A stretch of DNA of 64,000 bases from a virus (Duplodnaviria > Caudoviricetes): the IMG/VR virus record IMGVR_UViG_3300014205_000214, positions 1-64,000 of that record; one strand, written 5' to 3'. This document shows positions 31,688-42,260 of the stretch, piece by piece. The position numbers and the translations under genes are program-made. The notes below the pieces were generated by a model. It did not search any database and was not told where the DNA came from. It was given only the letters and a program-made list of their open reading frames with translations. Position 1 is the first letter of the stretch. The number at the start of each line of letters is the position of its first letter.

Positions 31688-32971
31688 TTATGCGTTCCAT
31701 TCCTTTACAAGTCTAACGGCAACATTAAAAGCGAACTCTTGAAAATCGCTACAAAAATCATCTGCTCCGGTAATATAATGAGATAATTCATGTAGTATTG
31801 TATTAAAATTACTAGAATCGTCTACGTTAATATAAACACAACCATCTTGATAATATCCGTGAGTATACCCACCATTTTGAGCAACACCAGTAAAATTCTT
31901 TACTTGCGGCTTAGGTTTATTCATTGTTAAGCCAATTCCTTCAAGCTTACGCCAAACCTTATTGAAATTCTTAATACAAGTATTACTGGCTTCTTGGATA
32001 GTATAACCAGAACTTTCTACTTTGGAAATAAAATTCTCTGCAACTGGTATATCAAGAGCCTTAACTAGATCAAGACACCTAACATATACAACTTGCTTAC
32101 CCTTAGCTTTTGCAGCATTCCCAATCTTTTCATTATCTGCTGCAACAGCATTACCGAAAATTTCTTCCCAAACTTCTTTTACTAGACTCTTATTAAAGGA
32201 CCAGTAGTAAAACTTATCTTCCCAATACTTAGTAGTAAGATCAGTAAAAGTATTGAAATACTTCTTAAGATATTCTTTATTACGACCAAGAATCTTTCCG
32301 CAATAGTCGACACAACTAGAGTCAGACATATTCCTGGACTCATCAATTTTAGTATCATCGCCAAGATTATAATTAAACATACTTTGGGGATTATATTTAT
32401 TAGCTTCTCGTACAAAGACTCCTTTTCTATAAATCTTTGCTAATCCATCATTATTCTCGAAAATATCCAAGTCTTGCTTATTAACAAAGTGAAGAAATTT
32501 CTGAGAAAGATTATTATAATACTTTTGAACTTCAGGTGTCAAAGGAATATAAATAGAGGTAGCATTATCATGAGCTTTTGGTGCTTCGACAATATCTAGA
32601 ACAACATTTTCAACACCAACAGCATCAATAGCATTGCTAATAAATTCTCGTAGAGTCATTTCTACAGAATCCCAGTCCATTTCTCCATATTCAAGAGAGA
32701 AACCTGTCTTTTCTATTTGACCCTTATAGGAGTAACAAACCCTATTATATTGTTTATCTCCCATAAAATCAGGCTTAGAGAAAAACTTTAACTCGTTTTC
32801 TCCAAGAAAAATAATAGGATTAAGACCAAATCTTAGTAAGATATTTACTCCATTTTTTGAACCCGTTCCAAACATTCCAATTTTTTCAGCGTTTCCCCTA
32901 GCAGTAGAAACACCCAAAACAGTAAAAGCTTCAACTGGAGCAATACTAGAATTTTGAATCAAAAGATACAT
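31688..32971 (-). CDS. GHKL-type ATPase with C-terminal HExxH zincin motif
   Basis: KIGMFGTGSK, LREFISNAID; C-terminal TILHELSHYITG. Confidence 0.65.
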   Translation of the reverse strand: MYLLIQNSSIAPVEAFTVLGVSTARGNAEKIGMFGTGSKNGVNILLRFGLNPIIFLGENELKFFSKPDFMGDKQYNRVCYSYKGQIEKTGFSLEYGEMDWDSVEMTLREFISNAIDAVGVENVVLDIVEAPKAHDNATSIYIPLTPEVQKYYNNLSQKFLHFVNKQDLDIFENNDGLAKIYRKGVFVREANKYNPQSMFNYNLGDDTKIDESRNMSDSSCVDYCGKILGRNKEYLKKYFNTFTDLTTKYWEDKFYYWSFNKSLVKEVWEEIFGNAVAADNEKIGNAAKAKGKQVVYVRCLDLVKALDIPVAENFISKVESSGYTIQEASNTCIKNFNKVWRKLEGIGLTMNKPKPQVKNFTGVAQNGGYTHGYYQDGCVYINVDDSSNFNTILHELSHYITGADDFCSDFQEFAFNVAVRLVKEWNA

Positions 32972-33008
32972 TTTTCAAACCTTAAAGAGTAACTGGCTAG
33001 ATGACTAA

Positions 33009-33036
33009 ATTATACCAGAAAGACTTAGTTTGTCAA
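33009..33036 (-). promoter_or_regulatory. sigma70-type promoter
   Basis: TTGACA-N16-TATAAT. Confidence 0.8.
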
Positions 33037-33703
33037 ATTAAACATCCATGTTTTCTAGTGCATATTCTTGACCATCACAATAAGCATTACACTGATCCCA
33101 GTTTTTATAAGGTGGATCATAAATACTATCTAAAAAATCGTCAATACCACGAAAATAACAACAATCAAGACAATCATAATCTTCTTCGTTATGCTGGCAC
33201 ATCTGTTACAAACCTATCATCAATAATATCTTGCATAATTTCTAGAAGTCTTTCTTTTTCATCTTCTGAATATTCTTTGACATAAAACTTTCGCAGTTCT
33301 TCAAGTCTTTCATATTCTCCAATTGGTGATTTACTGTTATAGGACCAGGAAAAAACTTCAAGCTCAAAAGCTATTTCAATTGCGTTTAGTAGTTTCTTTC
33401 CAAAAATATTTTTAATTTCTATTGGACATGAACCTTCATACTCAAGATCATAATTAAAATCTAAAACCTGTTTTGTGGTATATTTATTATTAGTCCCAAC
33501 CCAGCTTAAAAAGATAGAGCCTTTAGCACATACTTTACAAACATTATTATTAATAGTTTCCTTACAGGATTTGTTACTAACCATATTAGCAAAAATCTTT
33601 TCGGTATCTCCACAGAGAACACTTCCTCTGTTCGGAACTAAGCTACCAGAACGAACCCTATTAATAACATCTTGACAAACTTCTTTAACTTCTTTTGAAA
33701 ACA

Positions 33704-34837
33704 TTAGACTTTCTCCGCAATTACTTTGACACGATTAACAATAGTTTGACGAGTATCATTATAAACCTGATGCTCTATAATAGTAGCTTTTACTAGATAA
33801 TTTTCACCAATTTTAAAGTCTACTTCTCCAGAAGCAAACCACACAAGAACATTACCATTAGAGTTAAACCTTACCATTGTTTTAAGACCATAATCAGTCT
33901 CAAATTCTTTCTTGAAAGTACATTGAATAGGAATATCAATCCTTTTCTTTATTTCCCCAATAAATTCCGATTGAACAGTATTAGCCTTTTCTAGTTCAAC
34001 CGAAAGAGCTTTTTGATAACACGGAATAATAGCTGAAATATATCCGATTTGCTTATAAGTAACATAGGGTTGATTAACTATGTTCTTAATATTATTTTCA
34101 AAATCCGATTTTCCATCTAGATTTTTAGCCCATTCCATAGCTTTAACAGCTAATTCTTTATCAGAATCTTCTACATATAGTTCTTTTTCTTGAATAAACT
34201 TTTGAGTAAAATAATCCGGAAATGTAACTTGCCAAGCTGTTGATTTAGTAGGAATTAAACCTGGATCATCCCAAGCAGCTTTACTTGAAACATAACCAAT
34301 CTTACGAACAACTACAGAAACCCTTTGTAGAAAATATTCAATAGAACAAACCTTTTCTTCTCTTGGGCCATATTCTTCAGAATTACAATTCTCCATTAGT
34401 TCATAGATATAGGAAAATTGACTAACAAGATTTTCTAGACTTACACCTAAGTAGTCTTTAAGACATTGTTTACCTAATTGGATATACTTATCGCCTTCGC
34501 GGACAATAACAACTTCTTTTCGATATCTATTAGTATTACAATGATCACAATAAAATTCAGAATTTCTAAATTCTACTGGGGTTTCTTCTCCCGGTACACT
34601 ATTAATTAGATTAGTACCATCTGGAAGCTTGCTAATAACAGATACTAATTGATAGTTTCCAATCTTAGGAACACAACCAGAAACTTCAATATCTAATTTT
34701 TCTAGTCCGTTTTCTTCATAAAACTTTAAAATAGAAAAAGAAAGCTCTGGATTACCATATTTAATACATTTCTTATTAAGTTTATCAAACTCAGATTGAA
34801 GTAGATCTTTAAATTGAGCAAGAATAGTAAACAGCAT
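33704..34837 (-). CDS. conserved phage protein with CxxC zinc motif and probable C-terminal OB fold
   Basis: YCDHCNTNRYR, QLGKQCLKDY, FIGEIKKR...VKATIIEH. Confidence 0.6.
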   Translation of the reverse strand: MLFTILAQFKDLLQSEFDKLNKKCIKYGNPELSFSILKFYEENGLEKLDIEVSGCVPKIGNYQLVSVISKLPDGTNLINSVPGEETPVEFRNSEFYCDHCNTNRYRKEVVIVREGDKYIQLGKQCLKDYLGVSLENLVSQFSYIYELMENCNSEEYGPREEKVCSIEYFLQRVSVVVRKIGYVSSKAAWDDPGLIPTKSTAWQVTFPDYFTQKFIQEKELYVEDSDKELAVKAMEWAKNLDGKSDFENNIKNIVNQPYVTYKQIGYISAIIPCYQKALSVELEKANTVQSEFIGEIKKRIDIPIQCTFKKEFETDYGLKTMVRFNSNGNVLVWFASGEVDFKIGENYLVKATIIEHQVYNDTRQTIVNRVKVIAEKV

Positions 34838-34869
34838 CTTTTATTTTCCTTTGGTGAAGTGATGCCTCT

Positions 34870-34897
34870 ATTATAGCTTAAGAATCAATTTTGTCAA
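34870..34897 (-). promoter_or_regulatory. sigma70-type promoter (-35 in LDK codons)
   Basis: TTGACA-N16-TATAAT. Confidence 0.8.
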
Positions 34898-35366
34898 GAA
34901 CTTTTTTAACAACTATCGGACAATTAACATAAACTCTATTCGAATCTAGATTAACGACATAATTGATAGCATATGTAAAATTTACAAGGTAATTGTGAAG
35001 ATCAACTACTAAAACTCTATCTCCTACTGAATATTTCGGATTAAAACAATCTCTAACCACTTCATAAAGTCCTAGATCTACTTTATTTACAGAAAGATTA
35101 TAGGTTTCTTCTAAAACATTTAACCATTCTTGTGTAAGCTCTTTTGCTTCACGCCAATCATCAGGATCAATAAAACCATAATCTTCACAAAACTTTCGGC
35201 CTAATACTTTTTCAGCATTCTCATAATCATCAAACATTTGACCAAGAATACAACTATCGTACTCTGTCATATCTAAACGCGAAACATCTACTTCTTTTTT
35301 CCAGTTTGGATGATTCTCATTTAACCATCGAACACCTTTAGCAACTTTTTCTTTAAGAGTTAGCAT
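34878..35366 (-). CDS. hypothetical protein, CxLGQ paralog family
   Basis: GVRWLNENHPNW...LDM...CILGQMF. Confidence 0.7.
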   Translation of the reverse strand: MLTLKEKVAKGVRWLNENHPNWKKEVDVSRLDMTEYDSCILGQMFDDYENAEKVLGRKFCEDYGFIDPDDWREAKELTQEWLNVLEETYNLSVNKVDLGLYEVVRDCFNPKYSVGDRVLVVDLHNYLVNFTYAINYVVNLDSNRVYVNCPIVVKKVLDKIDS

Positions 35367-35808
35367 GTTTTTTACCTAGTGAATAAGCTTTTGCGAATAA
35401 GGAAGCGTTTTGATAACCAGTACAAGAATACACTTGCTGAACACCACGGAAAAAAGCATATTTAACACTTTTTTTAGTTTGTTTAGCTTTTACAAGCAAT
35501 CCAGTTTGAGTAGATAACGGAATACACTTTTTAGTTTTAATCCATCCAGGTTTTTTATTAAGACAAACTGTTTCTGGTAATAAACCTAAAAAAGCTAGTA
35601 AAGAACTATTAGCTTTTTTATTATTACATTTTGAACAACAAGCAATAATATTATTATTTAGTCCAGAATCAACATTAAAAAACAAATCTGAAAATCTTGG
35701 AATAACATGATCTCTAGTAAGATTTTCGCTTGTTAATATTGTTTCACAATAACAGCATTGTGTTCCAATAAATATTTCCCATTTTGGAAGATTAACGAAA
35801 ATATTCAA
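35353..35808 (-). CDS. HNH endonuclease-domain protein
   Basis: CCYC, TRDHVIPR, NIIACCSKCNNKK. Confidence 0.75.
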   Translation of the reverse strand: MNIFVNLPKWEIFIGTQCCYCETILTSENLTRDHVIPRFSDLFFNVDSGLNNNIIACCSKCNNKKANSSLLAFLGLLPETVCLNKKPGWIKTKKCIPLSTQTGLLVKAKQTKKSVKYAFFRGVQQVYSCTGYQNASLFAKAYSLGKKHANS

Positions 35809-36002
35809 TTACTTGCCCTGTTCCTTCTTAGCTTTCCTTCTAAGACCTCTTTTAGTAGATGGTTCTTTATTTTCTTGCGGTGCTGGATTGTAAACACTTT
35901 TACTTTGTTTTCCAGAGCTATCGCGGCCATGAATACTGTAGCTGGTTTTCTTTTCTTCTGACATTTTGTTTCCTTTAAGAGAACTGAGTAACAACATGAT
36001 TT

Positions 36003-36030
36003 ATTATACGTTAAGAGCTTAGTTTGTCAA
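36003..36030 (-). promoter_or_regulatory. sigma70-type promoter
   Basis: TTGACA-N16-TATAAT. Confidence 0.8.
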
Positions 36031-36325
36031 ATTATTTATTAACACTTTAACTTCTTTATAAGTTTTTGGTCTTTCGGATTTACTTAAAAACATCATATCA
36101 AAGATTATACTATGAGTATTATCAAATTTTAAAACCTGTTCTCTATTACCATTAACAGTAGAATAAACACCATTTAATCCACACGTAAAATTATCATAAC
36201 CTAGATCTTTTGCCATATGAACCATTAAACAACCGCAAGAATCTCTAGAAGAATTTTCTGAAAAGTTTACTTGTCGATCATCTGGTTGATTATTAATAAA
36301 ATCTAAAAGCTGTTGTTTTGAAATA

Positions 36326-36973
36326 CTAATCATGATTCGGTATATTCCTTGTTAATTTTCTTGGAAACATTTCCCAGTTATAATCTAGTTCGTAATTATG
36401 AGAATTTCCCTCTAAATTATATCTATTTTTACTAAAACTAACCTTAGCAAAACATCTTAAACCTTCTTCAATAGGTCCAACTTTATGAATAACATATTGA
36501 TCCAGCTTAAGAATAGTATTATTAGGATAGATTATGTCATTTTCTGGTTTAGCTTGTTCACTAAGTTCTTTTAAAGAACGGGTATCATCTTGAGATATAT
36601 TAAAGGGGCTATTATTAAAAATGGTTGGCTGTTTATTTGCCCAAATGTAATTAATATCTGAACTTAAAAAACCATCACTATGCCAGCCACTTCTATTAAA
36701 TCCATTACCATTTTTCTGATATAGATTTTTAGAAGTTAAATAAACATAAGTATACCACCATTCTCTTTCCGTGATATTCTTTTTATAATCTAGACAGCAA
36801 ATTCTGATTAATTCTCTAAAAGGTTCAAGTCTTGGTTCTATTTCAAATCTTTGTAAAGATCCTAAAGTTGTAGTATCAGGATACGCTAATTTAATAGGTA
36901 AGTATTGATAGTAGATATATTCTTTACAATTTACTTCAACTGAACTAATAACCTCGGGAAGTTTACCGTACAT
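36326..36973 (-). CDS. putative 2OG-Fe(II) oxygenase-like protein
   Basis: GWHSDG (HxD), distal VIHKV and RCFAKV. Confidence 0.55.
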   Translation of the reverse strand: MYGKLPEVISSVEVNCKEYIYYQYLPIKLAYPDTTTLGSLQRFEIEPRLEPFRELIRICCLDYKKNITEREWWYTYVYLTSKNLYQKNGNGFNRSGWHSDGFLSSDINYIWANKQPTIFNNSPFNISQDDTRSLKELSEQAKPENDIIYPNNTILKLDQYVIHKVGPIEEGLRCFAKVSFSKNRYNLEGNSHNYELDYNWEMFPRKLTRNIPNHD

Positions 36974-37454
36974 TACTTATTTACTCTAAAGAAATAAACA
37001 CCAAGTTCCTGAAGAATCCATAATTTACAAAATCCAATATACTCTAGATCATCTATATTATCAAGTATTTCCTGACCAGTTTTATAACCTTTAATGCAAA
37101 CTCTTTGTAATCCATAATCAGCTATTGGAGAAGTATAATCTAACCAGAACATTCCTTCGGCATCATAAACACGATTGATAGTACAATCAACAGGAAGAAG
37201 GATAAACTGCTTTTCAAGAACAGCAATTTGCTTATTATTTCCGGTTTGGACGGGAATATTATTAATCCACGCAATTTTTCTTTCTTTAATATCCTTATCT
37301 TCTGGGTCTACAATTATCCAAACAAAATGTCCTTTATAGTATCCGTCATCAACATAATCTGTACGAATTACTTTACCTTTTGGACAATGAGCAAAAAAAT
37401 ATTGATATTCACCAATATCGTGGATTAATAGCTCATATTTAAATATTTTACGCA

Positions 37455-37766
37455 TTAAATATTCTCTCCAAGAAAATTAAACTTCTTTTCTTTATAATAT
37501 TGCTCGATAAATTGTTCAAGATATTTTTCCAAGTCTTTATCATAACAGGAAACTCTAACATCCTGCTGTCCAGAACCATTACACCAATCACATTCTCTAT
37601 AACTAAAATGGTAATCGTAATCAGCTAATCTTCCATGACCTTTGCAATGAATACATTTGGTTTTCTTATTTTCTACTGGTTTAGGAAAACAATTAACAGA
37701 CCAAGTAAATTTATTACCTTCACTATCTTGAAAAATCATTTTACCACCAGACAACTTCATCAACAT
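37455..37766 (-). CDS. DnaJ-type zinc-finger protein
   Basis: CIHCKGHG and CDWCNGSG repeats. Confidence 0.65.
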   Translation of the reverse strand: MLMKLSGGKMIFQDSEGNKFTWSVNCFPKPVENKKTKCIHCKGHGRLADYDYHFSYRECDWCNGSGQQDVRVSCYDKDLEKYLEQFIEQYYKEKKFNFLGENI

Positions 37767-38091
37767 TTACATCTAGTTTCTTACCATTTCTTTTTACAAC
37801 TACTTCAACAGATAGTTCCATATCAGCATCAGTATCGTCGTCATAAAGATCTGGAATTTCAAATTCTTCAGTAACAATTCTAATTGATTTACAAACAGGG
37901 ACACCACAAATTTCAGATAGTGGCTTATTAAGATGTTTAGCTAAATCTTTTAGAACTTCTTTTCCATCGCTACAAAGTTCGTCATATAATCCGTTATTAG
38001 AAACTTCCTTAAAAATCTTTTCCAACATCAAACGATCTTTAGATTTAGCCATAATATATCCTAATAAGAAAACAATACAGAAATGTATAAG

Positions 38092-38165
38092 TGAAACCAG
38101 AAGGATTCGAACCTTCAACCTACAGAGTAGAAATCTGTGACTCTATCCATTTGAGTTATGGTTCC
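38092..38165 (-). tRNA. tRNA-Arg (anticodon UCU), CCA not encoded
   Basis: GGAACCA/TGGTTTC acceptor stem, D arm ACTC/GAGT, anticodon arm ACAGA-TTTCTAC-TCTGT, T arm GAAGG-TTCGAAT-CCTTC. Confidence 0.93.
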
Positions 38166-38169
38166 ATAA

Positions 38170-38285
38170 ATTAAGAGTATCTGGGAAAGATTCTATGAGT
38201 GACTGCTGAATAAACCCTTCCCGAGATACTCTTAATAATCTAGTTTTTAAGCTAAGTCTTTCGACCGGCGTATTCAGCTAGATTA
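38170..38285 (-). ncRNA. candidate structured RNA (two hairpins with loop-loop pairing) immediately 5' of tRNA-Arg
   Basis: 8-bp stem 38236-43/38278-85 with GAAA sub-hairpin; 13-bp perfect stem 38170-82/38224-36 extended by G-U pairs on minus strand; GCTGAATA/TATTCAGC complementarity between the two domains. Confidence 0.55.
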
Positions 38286-38671
38286 CAAACTTACAGTATC
38301 TTCAACAACCTTCTTTTCAGGCAAACTTAAGTTATTCTTCTTAAGAACTTCTAAGGCAAAGACAGTTCCCTCAAGAGAATTCCTTTTACCTTGAACAACA
38401 CTTGAAACAGGTGTCCCTTTTTCTGCCAATAGCTTAGCTACTGCTGAGAAAACCTTATTTTGACTCTTAAAACCAGATTGTTCGTGCATTTCCTTAAGAT
38501 TCTTAAAACCTCCCTGACCTAGCTTATCGAGAGCATCAAAGATATTTGAAACCTTGATATTTCTGCCAGCGTCCAAATCTAGAGCACTAGCAAATTGTTC
38601 CTTAACAGCCTTCAAATTTTCAGCAAACATAATTAAACCTCCAAAAAAGTAGTGAAACAAACTATACTAAT

Positions 38672-38699
38672 ATTATACACCGAAACTATCATTTGTCAA
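38672..38699 (-). promoter_or_regulatory. sigma70-type promoter (-35 in LDK codons)
   Basis: TTGACA-N16-TATAAT. Confidence 0.8.
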
Positions 38700-39249
38700 G
38701 AAACTTTTCTATCTCTTTTGCTAGATTTAGAATTGAATCATGAGTAAAGTGCTGACAACCAACCACAACATCATCTTTGTTAATTACTGCGGAATATTCT
38801 AAATTTAATTCAACAGTAACATTACCTTTTTTAAATTTATTAAATTCTTCTTCAGAAGATTCTTCAATACTTGTTATTTCTAACATTTTACCAAGCGGCT
38901 TAAGATCTTTATTACCTTTTGCTGTATAAGCTTCATCAGCGGTAATATGATCTCCATGAAATTTCACATTCTTTAAACACCAAACCAAACCAAAAGAAGT
39001 AACTTTGTGATATTTATCCATTTTATCCTCTATATCTAGCCTTGGATAACCTTTATTGATATAATAGTCATTATCACACCAACCAAAACGATCCTTTTCA
39101 TAACTAACAGCACCATTTTCTGGATATTTATTTACAGCAAAAGAATGCTGATTCATACAACGGTCATAATCTGGATAATACTTTTTAACCTTTTGAAAAG
39201 CTTCTTCTATAGTTAAACCACCAACAAAAACATAAGTATGCTCATTCAT
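38689..39249 (-). CDS. hypothetical protein with shared C-terminal VGCQxF module
   Basis: ELNLEYSAVINKDDVVVGCQHF. Confidence 0.65.
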   Translation of the reverse strand: MNEHTYVFVGGLTIEEAFQKVKKYYPDYDRCMNQHSFAVNKYPENGAVSYEKDRFGWCDNDYYINKGYPRLDIEDKMDKYHKVTSFGLVWCLKNVKFHGDHITADEAYTAKGNKDLKPLGKMLEITSIEESSEEEFNKFKKGNVTVELNLEYSAVINKDDVVVGCQHFTHDSILNLAKEIEKFLDK

Positions 39250-39413
39250 AACTTTTCACCCAATTAAAATCCTTATCATTAGTTTTATCTATCCATCTGA
39301 CAGATTTAGCAGACCAAGAACATTCTTCTATTATAGACACAATAGCAAATTTGTCAATTTTTTCTTCTAGAACTTTCCAAATGCTTCCAAACTGATTAAT
39401 TCTATTTTTAGCT

Positions 39414-39719
39414 TTAAGGGTTTTGGGTTTTAGCTTTAAGTTCATTAATTTTTTCTTTCCAAAGTTCTTCTACTTCATCACCACCCCAAAATTTATAAGT
39501 ACCATACCCAGAATCACCTTGAAGTTCTTCATAAACATCAACAGCATACTCATAATCACCAAAAACTTGATCTAAAATACAGTTCATAGTTAGATCAAAT
39601 TCTTTAAGATTAATCTTATTAAGCCAATTTGGATCTTTGCTGTTAAGCCACTCGACAGAATTATTAATTCGCTTATTAACTTCTTGAAGTTCTTCTTTAC
39701 TATAATTACTCATGTACAA
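39414..39719 (-). CDS. hypothetical protein, CxLGQ paralog family
   Basis: SVEWLNSKDPNWLNKINL...NCILDQVFG. Confidence 0.65.
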   Translation of the reverse strand: MYMSNYSKEELQEVNKRINNSVEWLNSKDPNWLNKINLKEFDLTMNCILDQVFGDYEYAVDVYEELQGDSGYGTYKFWGGDEVEELWKEKINELKAKTQNP

Positions 39720-40710
39720 CCCAACCTATTCCAGAAATAAATTGTTCTAATCCGCCACCACGGCCCTTTAAAACCATTAATTGATAATAGAATTCAGCCT
39801 CACATGACTCCAAATTATCAAATTCAGAAGAAGTTAAAGAATAATCTTGTAAATAAATCTTAAATCTATACATTCCAAGTAGCCCCGTTTTTCAAAACTT
39901 CTTTACCCAATTTAATAATAGTCTGTCGAGCTTCTTCAGCTTCTAAACATATATTATTATAATAGTATTCTTTAAAAGCTTCAATATCAAATTCTTTATT
40001 TTGAAACAATTGGATTGCCCCAAAATTAGCAATTTCGTCATAAACAGCACTAGAAAGACCTGCTAAACAGGCTACATAAGTACTCGATAAAGGAACGCCT
40101 TTATTTACCCATTCTATTTGCTGTTGTTCTAAAACCTTGGAAATAGCCTTAGCTATATGTTGACCCTCTAATAGGGTATCGAATTTTCCACTCATGCTGC
40201 AAACCCTTTTTGATTAGATTGTACGTGTTATGTACAACTGCAATGATAACAAAAGTTTTGATCTATCTTTCTACTACAATTTTCACAGAAAAATATCAGC
40301 TCTTTTTTACTTGTAAATATCAAACCCTTATCATAGTCTAATTGAATAGAATCTATTGGAACAAACCTCGAACTATTATTTTCCCATTCCTTAAAATAAG
40401 CTTCTTGTTCAAGGTCTGCTTCACTAATTATTTTAAGTAGAGTAGCAACAACTTCTTTTCCGGTCATACTTTAACCTTAACCTTCTTAGTCTTTTTAAGA
40501 ATAGCACCAAAAGATCTTAAATCGTTTGAGATATCTATGCCATGAGCCATATCTTCAATTAAATTCATAGCCTGTCGAGTTGTTATGGTACAGTTTTTAG
40601 TATCCATTCCGGACTTACCAAGACGAAACAATAACCTAGAACTTGCAGGAGAATTACGATCTACATTATTCATTTTTCTAACCTTTAAGGGATGGTGACT
40701 TAACTCTTTT

Positions 40711-40738
40711 ATTATACCAAGAGATATTAGTTTGTCAA
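40711..40738 (-). promoter_or_regulatory. sigma70-type promoter (-35 contains TGA stop of upstream ORF)
   Basis: TTGACA-N16-TATAAT. Confidence 0.8.
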
Positions 40739-41160
40739 ATCTTCTTTCTTAAATAAGATAGTAAATCATAAACAATTTGGTCCCTAGTTTCCCAAGAATA
40801 TTTATAATCAAGCTTCTCTAATGGTTTTACCGAGTCAACCAAAAACATTGAATAAGAACAATCTTCTGCTAATTTATGTAATGTTTGCAATGTTGATAAA
40901 TTAACCTTTTCGTTGCTACAAAATATATGAAAAAAATTCTTATATTCTTCTTTTAAGCCTCGATATTCACAAAGCCAAACCTCTCTATTTCTATCAAACT
41001 CATTTATATAATCTGATTTTTCTGTATAAACAAATAATCCAGTTCCTTCAGGAGCTTTATTCCATTGGTTTCGCCTGTAAGTAATTGGATAAACATTTGA
41101 TACAGAAGTTAATCTATTATTTACTTTTTCAAATACTTTTAAGCAATATTGAGTTTTCAT
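40735..41160 (-). CDS. hypothetical protein, related to YYKV family
   Basis: LKVFEKVNNRLTSV...APEGTGLFVY...VWLCEY...VDSVKPL. Confidence 0.6.
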   Translation of the reverse strand: MKTQYCLKVFEKVNNRLTSVSNVYPITYRRNQWNKAPEGTGLFVYTEKSDYINEFDRNREVWLCEYRGLKEEYKNFFHIFCSNEKVNLSTLQTLHKLAEDCSYSMFLVDSVKPLEKLDYKYSWETRDQIVYDLLSYLRKKI

Positions 41161-41928
41161 TACTTATTCCTAAACCACAACAAGGAGATTACAACATAAG
41201 ATGTTAACATTAAATATAGTGGCCAAAACTTTAAAAGAACCTGTGGAGCGGTTAGTTCTGGAAAACTAAACATCCATATTAAATTAATTAATAATACACC
41301 AATAACACCAACTATTAGTATTCCTTGGAAAAATCCATCAAGAAAAGCCTTGGATTTAAATAGTTTAAACATTAATTCTCCAAGCTTCTCCAACAGAATC
41401 CCAACCCCGCCAACCAACATTTAAAACACGATCTATTTCATTTTGATCTATATTAAGATCTTTGAGAAACTTTTCTAATCCGCGAGGACCAGTTCCGCTA
41501 TATCCCCAACTAAAATTACTAATTCTCATTGAACCTTTATCACCACGAAGTAAAACCGCTACATGATTTACTCCATATTTTCCCTTATAGCAGTACCCTT
41601 TAATATACTTAAGCCAGCCAATCTTTTGGATATGTTTAAAAGCTTTTAATGAACCAGAAGTAGAGCCGGAAGTATCTCTGTAGCGATACATTTTAAAATC
41701 TCGCAAAAGGTTTAATGTAATACTGATATCCGCCGCGTGTCCAAAAATAACAAAGTTTGTTTAGATCATAAAGAGCATCTTTAATCGTTCTTCCGTGAAC
41801 CCAAATTGTAGATTCTCTTTTGAAGTCGTTTTTAAAACAAATATATTGAACTTCGTGAAAGAATATGTCGTTAGGATTTTCTCTAGTATAGAAAACACCA
41901 TGTTCATCAAACATTTAAAAAGCCTTTA

Positions 41929-42225
41929 TTAGTCTTTGCTTCTAAGTTTTTCAATTTCTGATCGCCAAGTTTCTTTTAAATCATTGAAAGCTTGCGGCTT
42001 ATCACTTTCATTTAAGTAATAATAATCATCATTAATATCAAAACCAAGATCATATTCATAAGTACCAAAATATTCATCGTCGACCATTGATCGAATTTGA
42101 CCTAAAACACAGTCACCTAAACTTTTCATATTAAGACGATCTAAATCAATTTTGTTATACCAATCTTTTGGCACAACTTGTGAATCGTTAAGAAAATCAA
42201 TACCATTTTGTACTTGCTTCAACAT
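41929..42225 (-). CDS. hypothetical protein, CxLGQ paralog family
   Basis: NGIDFLN...WYNKIDLDRLNM...DCVLGQI. Confidence 0.7.
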   Translation of the reverse strand: MLKQVQNGIDFLNDSQVVPKDWYNKIDLDRLNMKSLGDCVLGQIRSMVDDEYFGTYEYDLGFDINDDYYYLNESDKPQAFNDLKETWRSEIEKLRSKD

Positions 42226-42260
42226 TTTGTTTCTTTCAAATTAACAAACTCATAACAACT

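Noticed and set aside
33001-33285. Plus-strand H/N-rich 94-aa ORF
   Set aside because: Shadow of a 54-aa minus-strand ORF (MCQHNEEDYDC...) and of the 33009-33036 promoter
38040-38092. Theta/HDV-like ribozyme in the tRNA 3' trailer
   Set aside because: No nested double-pseudoknot pattern; the trailer is about 40 nt of AT-rich sequence leading to the next start
38053-38118. Annotated N-terminus of ORF 37741..38118
   Set aside because: Overlaps the tRNA-Arg 3' half; the likely start is ATG 38052 (MAKSKDRL)
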